This document shows, piece by piece, positions 9,077-16,112 of a DNA stretch of 25,034 nucleotides. The stretch spans positions 1-25,034 of the IMG/VR virus record IMGVR_UViG_3300049042_000236. The stretch is one strand, 5' to 3'. Both the position numbers and the translations under genes were made by a program. The DNA comes from a virus. Lineage: Duplodnaviria; Caudoviricetes. How positions within the stretch are numbered: position 1 is the stretch's first letter; the number at the start of each line of letters is the position of its first letter. The notes below the pieces were generated by a model. It was not told where the DNA came from. It saw only the letters and a list, made by a program, of their open reading frames with translations, and made no database searches.

Positions 9077-10915
9077 CTAATATCCGCCGCCGCCCCTGCT
9101 ATTAAGCCCGCCCTCCTCGATGTGCTCGACCTTGCTGGTCAGCAGCATCCCCAGACAGTCGATCGGATCCTTCGTGGCGCCCTTCTGACCGTCCCGCCCG
9201 GTGTGCTCAGAGAGGCTGTAGATCAGGTTGTGCGCGTCATTCACGATGTAGAGCTTCGGCTGATTCATCGGACCCAAAGGCTTGGTCGTGTCGAAACTCA
9301 GCTCCGAGTTTATCGCCGCCGTTCGCTGATCCACAGGCACCGCCGGCGCAGGCACAAACGCCATGCCCTCGTCGTAGTCGCTCGGCTCCGCCAACAAGTC
9401 CACCAACGTCGTCCCGCCCTGGTCAGACAACGCCGGACTCCCGCCAGCCCGAGGGTCAATCAAACGCATCACCGGCTCGCCGAAACCCAGCTCCTCCTCA
9501 ATGGACCGAAACAACTGACGATACTCGGGTATCGACCTTCCAGCCTCCAACGTCTGAGCCGGACCCGCCTTGCCGTCGGCCTTCTCAGAGGGCAGCACCC
9601 ACTCGCCATAGCCACCGAAGTCCGGGAACTCGCGCACCACAACCCGCCGCCCGTCCTCGTAGCACAGCATCCAGATCGCAAACCAGTTACGCGCACCGGC
9701 CGGATCCACGATCTGGTACAAGGTACCCCCGGGCGGTATCGACTCGCGCTTCACGCAATGACTGTCCGGCCGAAACCGCGCAAACGCCTTGCCGATGTTG
9801 TCGCTGGCCCACCCATACGCCCGAGTCAGCACCTGCCCCGTCGGCGCACCCACCAGCTTGGACTTCATCTCGTCCCATGGGTTGTACGGGTTGTCCTCGG
9901 AGAAGAAAAACACGGTGCTCCGATTGCACTTCTCCAGACGCATCACCCGCGGCGCCCGACCCACCGGCCACGTCGGCAAGCCCTGCTTTCCATCCAGCAT
10001 CTGACCAGCGCCCCACTCCGTAATCGCAGCGCCCGCCGTGAACTCCCGATACACGCTCGCCACACCCTCCAGCGGCGTCTGCGTCACCAACAGCTTTCCA
10101 CGACGAGTCACCAGCCGATACCGCAACGTGTCCACCCAACTCTGCGGCACCAGCTCATCACACCAGATCAGGTCCGCCTCCCGACCCTCAATCGTGTTCT
10201 CAGACTGCGTGTAGTTAAGGAAGTCGCACCTAGAGCCGTTCGGGAGGATGAAACTACCGTCCGTGAAGCCGTTCTTCCGGCTGTAGTTAAGGTAGTGGAT
10301 CTTGCCTTTCTTCGTCGCTCTAAGGGCCACTGGCAAGTAGTGGTAGATCGCTGGCTGCTGGACGGTGACGCTCGTGGCATTGCTCGTGTGGCAACACAAC
10401 ACGTTGCAGTTCTCCTTGGAGAGCAGCGTCTCCACCACCCGACGCGCCGCCCACAGCGTTTTGCCCGCTCGATTTCCACCACTGATCAGCAGCTCCGAAC
10501 ACCCAGCCCAGACACGATTCGCCAACTCCCAGTGGTCCGGGATGAACCCGTAGTTGAACGGGTCCGCCTTCTCCAGCAAACACAGTTGGGTGCGCTGGTC
10601 GCGGAGTTCCAGTGCCCTGGGATGGTCCGCTCGCACCTTCGGAATGACCGGGTGCTGAGGCTGCTCGTTCCACCACAACACGTTGCACGCATCCGAACAG
10701 AACCGACCAGTGTCGCGGTCAGGCTGGAACGACTTGCGGCAGATCAGGCAGTTGCGAGGCGAGAACTTCGACTGGCGAAGGGGACGATTTGGAAAATTTT
10801 TTTGGTTTGGTGAATGCGTCGGCTTTCGTTCGCCGGCCGGCGTCGTGACCCCCTCCCCCCCTGGCCCCGCGGCAGAATCCGACTCGGTACGATAAAGCTC
10901 GCTTATGCTAGTCAT
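9077..10915 (-). CDS. terL: Terminase large subunit (start uncertain: ATG 10915 or GTG 10681)
   Basis: Walker A LISGGNRAGKT, Walker B DLIWCDE, motif III VTQTP, RNase H-like nuclease YQIVDPAGARNW...DPIDCL. Confidence 0.92.
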   Translation of the reverse strand: MTSISELYRTESDSAAGPGGEGVTTPAGERKPTHSPNQKNFPNRPLRQSKFSPRNCLICRKSFQPDRDTGRFCSDACNVLWWNEQPQHPVIPKVRADHPRALELRDQRTQLCLLEKADPFNYGFIPDHWELANRVWAGCSELLISGGNRAGKTLWAARRVVETLLSKENCNVLCCHTSNATSVTVQQPAIYHYLPVALRATKKGKIHYLNYSRKNGFTDGSFILPNGSRCDFLNYTQSENTIEGREADLIWCDELVPQSWVDTLRYRLVTRRGKLLVTQTPLEGVASVYREFTAGAAITEWGAGQMLDGKQGLPTWPVGRAPRVMRLEKCNRSTVFFFSEDNPYNPWDEMKSKLVGAPTGQVLTRAYGWASDNIGKAFARFRPDSHCVKRESIPPGGTLYQIVDPAGARNWFAIWMLCYEDGRRVVVREFPDFGGYGEWVLPSEKADGKAGPAQTLEAGRSIPEYRQLFRSIEEELGFGEPVMRLIDPRAGGSPALSDQGGTTLVDLLAEPSDYDEGMAFVPAPAVPVDQRTAAINSELSFDTTKPLGPMNQPKLYIVNDAHNLIYSLSEHTGRDGQKGATKDPIDCLGMLLTSKVEHIEEGGLNSRGGGGY

Positions 10916-10957
10916 CAGGTGGAGGCCAACTAAATATAATACCTATTGTGGCAGGTC

Positions 10958-11596
10958 TCAGGAACCCTCCGGCATCACCTCGGCGTTGGTTTCGACCTCG
11001 ATGGCCTGGACGCCGGACTTCGCCCCGAGCTCCTTCATCAGGTCCCGATGACTCGCCGTTAACGTTACAGACGCGTGAATTGAGGTGGGTTGACCCTTCA
11101 TAATCCCTAGCTTGTCAGTCAAGATAGCGACTGAAATGGGTGCTGTCCTCGCATCAATTTCATCCATCCCGCTGATAGCGAGTCGTTTCGTCCCCTTCCA
11201 AATCGCGATCTCCATGAAGGAGATTACGTCGTTGCGCCAGCCGTCTTCGGTCTCGGGGTAGTCCTGTGGGACTTTGACGCCGCGGATCAGCTTGAAGGCG
11301 GTTCCGTTGGTGAGTCCGGTCTCGGCTGCGATGGTGGCGAGCGACTTATTGTTGAGGATACCGTCGACGACGAGGTCGGCTCGTTCCTGGGTGAGCTTGT
11401 CGTTGTGGTGTTGGTCTGGGTGGTGGGTGTGGACGTAGCCGGACTTTGCGACGTGATCTTGGATGCGTTGGCGTTCGTCGTCGGGGACACGCGGATCGTC
11501 GTTGAGCGCCCAGGTGATGCGATCGCGGTGGGTGCCGAGTTCCTTGGCGATCTTGGCCAGGGAGACTTTCTTGCCGAGGTTCTTGTCCTTAGCCAT
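10958..11596 (-). CDS. Probable terminase small subunit with an N-terminal LacI-type HTH (212 aa)
   Basis: Immediately upstream of terL. VSLAKIAKELGTHRDRITWALNDDPRVPDDERQRIQDHVAKSGY fits a LacI-type HTH; second HTH-like segment KSLATIAAETGLT; helical oligomerisation-like segment ISVAILTDK..MKGQPTSI. Confidence 0.6.
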   Translation of the reverse strand: MAKDKNLGKKVSLAKIAKELGTHRDRITWALNDDPRVPDDERQRIQDHVAKSGYVHTHHPDQHHNDKLTQERADLVVDGILNNKSLATIAAETGLTNGTAFKLIRGVKVPQDYPETEDGWRNDVISFMEIAIWKGTKRLAISGMDEIDARTAPISVAILTDKLGIMKGQPTSIHASVTLTASHRDLMKELGAKSGVQAIEVETNAEVMPEGS

Positions 11597-12308
11597 TGGC
11601 TGGCAGTTTGAAATTGAAGTCGCCCCAGTGTTGCAGGGGCGTGGCTGGCGTCATGGAGAGCTGCGGGACGTCGCAGAGCGAGAGCCTAGCCGAGGCGGCG
11701 TAGTCTTCGCTTAGGTATTCCAACCCTTTTGACGAGCCTAGCGCGAACGGCATCCAGAGAGTGGTCATGGAGCCGACCATGTCATCGTGGACGTGCTGGA
11801 CGCGGAACGGTTCTGGCGTGAGTGGGTCTGAGAGTCGATCGATGGCGTTGGCGAGGGCTTTGCGCGGGATGGCGAGGCAGCCGGAGGCGAAGAAGGTGAC
11901 CGGCGTTAGGCTTGGGTGATCTGGGAGCGGTTCGGCGCCGGGTTTGGGGCGGTGGGCTGCCCTGGGCGGGAGTGATCGGCAGCTATAGGGGATTTGGACG
12001 GCGGCCTGGAGCTGGTGGGCGAGGGTGGCTGCCTGGATGACGTCATCCATGGCGAACTGGATGTCGTGATCGATCTGGACCCAGACATCGAGTTCCGACT
12101 GGAGGAAGAAGCTTGTGGCGCGGCAGCGGGATCTGGAGATGAGAGCGTCCTCGCGGATGATACGGAGCTGGCCGCGGAGGTTTTGATCGGAGGCGAACCG
12201 GGCTGCGAGGTCGATCCAGGAGGTGAGGACGGCGCTACGGATGTCGCCGTAGGCGTAGGCGGTGACGTGAATGGAAGGCGGGCTGGCTGGCGTAGGCTGA
12301 TCGCTCAC
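11589..12308 (-). CDS. GT-A fold glycosyltransferase-like protein (239 aa)
   Basis: DALISRSR, DxD motif in VQIDHDIQF, SGCLAIPR and YLSEDYA are motifs of phage GT2-like proteins. Confidence 0.75.
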   Translation of the reverse strand: MSDQPTPASPPSIHVTAYAYGDIRSAVLTSWIDLAARFASDQNLRGQLRIIREDALISRSRCRATSFFLQSELDVWVQIDHDIQFAMDDVIQAATLAHQLQAAVQIPYSCRSLPPRAAHRPKPGAEPLPDHPSLTPVTFFASGCLAIPRKALANAIDRLSDPLTPEPFRVQHVHDDMVGSMTTLWMPFALGSSKGLEYLSEDYAASARLSLCDVPQLSMTPATPLQHWGDFNFKLPANG

Positions 12309-12318
12309 TGTGGTCCGC

Positions 12319-12347
12319 GGTATACGCGTTCCAGCGGCCTAGGTCAA
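12319..12347 (-). promoter_or_regulatory. Sigma70-like promoter for the GT-terS-terL operon (nearly leaderless)
   Basis: TTGACC (12342-12347), 17-nt spacer, TATACC (12319-12324). GTG start lies 10 nt downstream of the -10 box. Confidence 0.6.
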
Positions 12348-12482
12348 TGTCGCAAGCCCTGGCTAGGGTTGGCCGGGGTTGGCTAGGAGGTAGGATCTAA
12401 CGTCGGACGAGCTAGGTCCAATAGTCAGGCGGGGTGGCGCATGGCCCAGAAAAGGCCAAATGCGCCGGGGCTCCCAGCCTGT

Positions 12483-12543
12483 GACGCACGCAACGAAGTG
12501 GAGAAAGGAAACGATCGACGCACGCAACGCAGTGGAGAAAGGA
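12483..12543. repeat. 27-bp direct repeat, two copies, 34-bp period
   Basis: GACGCACGCAACG(A/C)AGTGGAGAAAGGA at 12483-12509 and 12517-12543, one mismatch. Confidence 0.9.
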
Positions 12544-12647
12544 GAAACGAGGTCGGGCGCAGCACAGCGAAGACCGATCGAGCTAGAACGAATCGACTCT
12601 GTCGATCGACGAAGGTGAAACCTAGCTGGTTGTCGATAGACACACCT

Positions 12648-12806
12648 CTCCTTAAGACTAAGGAGGGATTCTTTGGTCAGGCACTGCTGGCTCTCGATTC
12701 GCCGCGATTTGCTTCAGCGCTTCCAGGCGCACGCATCGCGGCTGAGCCGCAGTCGGTCGTTACGCCTACAGCTACGAGCCTTCCAATGCATTCCGGCTGT
12801 GCCGGA
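12648..12806 (-). ncRNA. Candidate structured non-coding RNA or ssDNA element
   Basis: Nested stems in an intergenic region: 12792-12797/12801-12806, 12681-12686/12784-12789 (G-U only on the minus strand), 12689-12693/12776-12780, 12701-12708/12735-12742, 12717-12720/12727-12730, and hairpin 12648-12654/12659-12665. No family recognised. Confidence 0.35.
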
Positions 12807-12838
12807 TTCTACTACCCTCACCTGCGAAAATTACAAGC

Positions 12839-13048
12839 CTATTTTTTCGGCTCTTGCGTAAAGCTCGTCACATCAGGCAGTTGCGAAAGCACCTTTTTTA
12901 GGGTCTCCGGCTGTTCCGACCACAGGATTGCGGCGTGAACGATGTCCGCGATGGTGGCTGGAACACGTTTCCCGCGCTTGATGCTGGGCGTCCTGGTGTG
13001 GTGGACGGTGACGGTCGAGCGGCAGAGGCTGATGACGATCGGGGTCAC
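12839..13048 (-). CDS. Hypothetical protein (69 aa)
   Basis: GTGA overlap with the upstream gene stop; last gene before the non-coding region. Confidence 0.55.
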   Translation of the reverse strand: MTPIVISLCRSTVTVHHTRTPSIKRGKRVPATIADIVHAAILWSEQPETLKKVLSQLPDVTSFTQEPKK

Positions 13049-13239
13049 TGGGTCAGGAATCCCAGGATCAGTGCCAGTGCGCAGAGGGTGGCGCCTGGGA
13101 GGAGTCCGGCCCAGACGACGAACTGGTCGACGCCGGGTTTGAGTCGGCCGCTGGTGAGGAGGTAGATGGAAGACCCTAGGAGTCCGACGCCGGAGGCTGC
13201 TAGGACTTGGAGCGCGGGAAGCCAGTCTGCGGAGATCAT
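13045..13239 (-). CDS. Small membrane protein with two predicted TM helices (64 aa)
   Basis: ATGA overlap with the helicase stop. Hydrophobic stretches LQVLAASGVGLLGSSIYLL and FVVWAGLLPGATLCALALILGFL. Confidence 0.65.
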   Translation of the reverse strand: MISADWLPALQVLAASGVGLLGSSIYLLTSGRLKPGVDQFVVWAGLLPGATLCALALILGFLTQ

Positions 13240-15167
13240 AGGGTGGCCTCGGTGAGGTTGAGGTCGGAGACGACGCCGTCGTTGAGGGTGTCGAGGTCGA
13301 TCAGCTTGGATTCAACGGTGGCTGCGACCTGTTCCTCGACGGTTCCAGCGGCGTAGACCAGGCGCTGGAGGCTCTTGGACTTGCCGCCGGCACGGTGGAC
13401 GCGGCCGAGGGTCTGTCGGAGGTCGACTGCGGACCAGGTCGGGCTGATGAGGGCTAGGCGCGGGTGGTTGCCGTTGAGGTCGTGGAGGCTGACGCCGACG
13501 CCGCCGGCCTGGATGTTGGCGATGATGACCCGGGACTTGTCTGACTGGAACGCGTCGATGGCCTTCTGGCGGTCTTCGGCGGTCTGGCCTCCCTGAATGA
13601 GGGAGACGCTGCCGACGTTGTCGGGGAGGGCTGCGCGGATGGTGTCGATGGAATCCTGGAAGTTGACGAAGACGGCAACGCTGAGTCCTTGCTCGATGGC
13701 GTCCTCGATCTGGTCGACGATCATGGGGATCTTGGCTGCTTCGGAGATCTGGCGAGCTCTGAGGAGGAGCGTGAGCGGGGAGTCACCGTCGGTAGCCCGC
13801 TTCTCCTTGACCCGGTCGATGGCTTCCTGGGCGAGGCGGTAGGCTTCGTTGATCTCCTTGGTCTTGCCGTTGAGTTCCAGGAGCTGGACGGCGATCTGGG
13901 TCTCGGGGAAGGCGTCGCCCAGGTCGGCGACCTTGATGCGGGTACCGAGCAGGCTGGGGCCGAAGATGTGAGCGTGCAGGCGCCGGAGGACTCCGACGTC
14001 ACCGCTCCATTCGAGACCGCCGAACTTGCCGCGGCTGCAGCCGTTCTTTTGGGCCCAGCGCCAGTGCTCGCTTGGGGTGTCGAAGAGCCCGAGGGCGAAC
14101 CCGATGGCCTTCATCTCGAGCGGGTTGGTGGCGGCCGTGGCACTGAGGCAGATGGTTGGAATGTCCTGGCGAGAGGCGGCGATCAGGAGCTTTGAGTTCA
14201 GGCTAGACATAGCCTTGCAACGGTGGACCTCGTCGAAGATGAGGATGCCGGCGCCGGAGGGGGTGAGGTTGAACTGGAACGACGTCACGTTGCGATCGTC
14301 GTTCGACTGGGTGGCGTGCGAGGTGGATCCGCGGCGGATGAGCTCATAGTTGATGGCCTCGATCTGGAGCCCGAAGTGCTTGGCGGCCTTCCTCCAGGAC
14401 GGGATGACCGACTTCGGGCAGATGACCAGGGGCTTCAGACCGAGTTCGCGGGCTGCTGCGAGGGCGGCGTAGGTCTTGCCGGTGCCGACGTCGGATGCGT
14501 CCAGGGAGATGCCGTAGGCTCGGACGGCGTAGACGATGCGCTGGACCGATGGCACCTGATAGGGGAGCAGGCCCGCGGTGTTGACCTGCGGGAGGATGGT
14601 GGCGGGCTGCGCTACTTCTGGGCTTTTGTGCACTCCCGCAACCGGGGCGGGCTGGGTAGAGGCGTCGAGTTTGCGCCAGCGATTTAGAACCCAGCGTCCG
14701 TTGTCTTGCTTCGGTGCGTACCCTTTGGCCTTGAGGGCTTCCTTGTCGCGCTTCCAGGCTGCCCAGAAGGCGTGCCCGTCCGGGACGATCGCGGAGGAGA
14801 CGGCGCGTGGACCGTACATGGTCTTGACCTGGCGCTCCTGGCTCCAGACCAGACCGAACCCGTCGGCCTCGGTGATCGAGGCGACCTGCGCGGTGACGGC
14901 ACCTTGGACGAAGGCGTCAGCGGCGCCCTGGTCGTAGGCTGGAATACCGAGCTCTTGGAGCTGAGTGTTGCGATAGGTGGAGCACACCTTCCAGGCCAGG
15001 GCGGCCTGGGCGTGCGTCCAGCGTCCGACCTGACGAGCGAGGGAGTGTCCGACTTGGACGTCGCGGGAGGAGAATCCGATCTCGTTGTCCTCGGCGGCAC
15101 CGTCCGGGTCACGGTCGGCGAGGCGGGCGATGGCGATCTCGAGCTTGGCCTTGAGTTCTGGGGTCAT
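13236..15167 (-). CDS. SNF2-family (SF2) helicase/ATPase with extra N-terminal domains (643 aa)
   Basis: Q motif LLPYQ, Walker A ASDVGTGKT, VICPKSVIPSW, IFDEVHRCK, LSATAATN, IQAGGVGVSLH, QTLGRVHRAG. Confidence 0.92.
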   Translation of the reverse strand: MTPELKAKLEIAIARLADRDPDGAAEDNEIGFSSRDVQVGHSLARQVGRWTHAQAALAWKVCSTYRNTQLQELGIPAYDQGAADAFVQGAVTAQVASITEADGFGLVWSQERQVKTMYGPRAVSSAIVPDGHAFWAAWKRDKEALKAKGYAPKQDNGRWVLNRWRKLDASTQPAPVAGVHKSPEVAQPATILPQVNTAGLLPYQVPSVQRIVYAVRAYGISLDASDVGTGKTYAALAAARELGLKPLVICPKSVIPSWRKAAKHFGLQIEAINYELIRRGSTSHATQSNDDRNVTSFQFNLTPSGAGILIFDEVHRCKAMSSLNSKLLIAASRQDIPTICLSATAATNPLEMKAIGFALGLFDTPSEHWRWAQKNGCSRGKFGGLEWSGDVGVLRRLHAHIFGPSLLGTRIKVADLGDAFPETQIAVQLLELNGKTKEINEAYRLAQEAIDRVKEKRATDGDSPLTLLLRARQISEAAKIPMIVDQIEDAIEQGLSVAVFVNFQDSIDTIRAALPDNVGSVSLIQGGQTAEDRQKAIDAFQSDKSRVIIANIQAGGVGVSLHDLNGNHPRLALISPTWSAVDLRQTLGRVHRAGGKSKSLQRLVYAAGTVEEQVAATVESKLIDLDTLNDGVVSDLNLTEATL

Positions 15168-15182
15168 GGTGATGTGAAAGGC

Positions 15183-15404
15183 TTAGGCTGCGGGATAGAA
15201 CGCGACGTTGCCCCTCTTGGAGCGACCTTCGATGGCGCCGACGCGCTCGCAGGAGTTGCGCAGTGCGCGGACGTAGTGGCCGCTGTACTTCTTGGCTTTG
15301 CCGCGGAGGGCGTAGGCCAAGAATGACCCGATGGTGAGACCATTGCCTTCGCCGCGGGCTTTGTTGCCCGAGAGGTAGGAGGAGAGATACTGTGAGTTTC
15401 GCAT
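15183..15404 (-). CDS. Small basic hypothetical protein (73 aa)
   Basis: ATG preceded by the repeated leader AACCAACAACCACTACAC; fills the gap before the helicase. Confidence 0.65.
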   Translation of the reverse strand: MRNSQYLSSYLSGNKARGEGNGLTIGSFLAYALRGKAKKYSGHYVRALRNSCERVGAIEGRSKRGNVAFYPAA

Positions 15405-15406
15405 GT

Positions 15407-15859
15407 GTGTAGTGGTTGTTGGTTTTGATTCCCGCGTTGTTCGGATGCGCGGCCCCCGTGGTGTTTTTACATGGAGGCCCGGTACTGAGCCATTCGCAGG
15501 TTTTGGTAGAGCCTATCCAGTTTTCCGTTTAGGCATCTCACCCAAGCCACATCATCTCCGCACCGAACTCCGTCGTCGGTGTAATTTCCTATTGTAGACC
15601 TCAGAACGTTGACTGCGTCCACCCGATCTTTTCTACAGATTTCGATCTGTTTGTTGATCTCAGCGATCTCGCTGCGTTGTGCGACGGGAACGGACTCGAC
15701 GTTGTCCCATGTGGCTTTAAGGAATGCGATCTCAGGAGCGTCGAACTGACGAGTCGGCTCGGTGTCGCAGAAGGAAGACCCATCGAAGTAGAGTCCGGTG
15801 ATGCTGTTCTTGGCGAAGTACTTGGTGTCGTTGCTCATGTCGTGTAGTGGTTGTTGGTT
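15407..15859 (-). repeat. 18-bp leader repeat AACCAACAACCACTACAC upstream of two consecutive genes (15407-15424 and 15842-15859)
   Basis: Exact match GTGTAGTGGTTGTTGGTT on the plus strand at both sites, 2-3 nt from each ATG. Confidence 0.85.
15467..15838 (-). CDS. Hypothetical protein (123 aa, MSNDTKYFAKNSITGLYFDG...)
   Basis: ATG at 15838 follows the repeated leader. The longer track ORF start runs through promoter-like DNA and an upstream gene. Confidence 0.65.
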   Translation of the reverse strand: MSNDTKYFAKNSITGLYFDGSSFCDTEPTRQFDAPEIAFLKATWDNVESVPVAQRSEIAEINKQIEICRKDRVDAVNVLRSTIGNYTDDGVRCGDDVAWVRCLNGKLDRLYQNLRMAQYRASM

Positions 15860-15875
15860 ACTTGCTACGGAGGAC

Positions 15876-15923
15876 ACGATACACGACCCACAGCCCGCGT
15901 ATAGGACTTTTTTACTTTTTTTT
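15876..15923 (-). promoter_or_regulatory. Possible promoter of the SNF2 cassette
   Basis: A-tracts (UP-element-like, 15908-15923), then CTATAC-N17-TATCGT. The -35 box is a poor match. Confidence 0.3.
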
Positions 15924-16112
15924 ACTGCCTCTCGATCCCTTGCGGAAATTGAGCTGGGTCCGCTGCTCCATTTGGCGGTATTCCTCAGCAAAAGCGGGGT
16001 CTGTCAGGCCACGGCGACGCAGCCAGTCCTTGTACTTTCTGTTGATGTACTCGCTGTTGACTCCGGGGTCTGGTGGCTGCGTGTCGGTAATCTGGGGGTA
16101 GGAGTATCTCAT
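15912..16112 (-). CDS. Small basic hypothetical protein (66 aa, MRYSYPQITD...GSKKK)
   Basis: ATG at 16112 overlaps the primase TGA (ATGA). This is the 3' part of track ORF 15912..16394. Confidence 0.6.
   Translation of the reverse strand: MRYSYPQITDTQPPDPGVNSEYINRKYKDWLRRRGLTDPAFAEEYRQMEQRTQLNFRKGSRGSKKK

Noticed and set aside
6936-9080. 714-aa plus-strand ORF antisense to the portal gene
   Set aside because: It is in codon register with the portal gene, so it stays open simply because TTA/CTA/TCA codons are rare in GC-rich genes. The product is R/H/L/V-rich with no motifs.
8948-10813. 621-aa plus-strand ORF antisense to terL
   Set aside because: Same in-register shadow effect; no recognisable domain.
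12425-12938. Track ORFs 12441..12938 (+), 12425..12643 (-) and 12673..12861 (+)
   Set aside because: Low-complexity translations across repeats and hairpins, two of them against the genome-wide strand. The region is better explained as non-coding, although the short minus-strand ORF cannot be fully excluded.
13045-13239. Holin call for the 2-TM protein
   Set aside because: No endolysin nearby and it is coupled to a helicase, so it is left as a membrane protein of unknown function.
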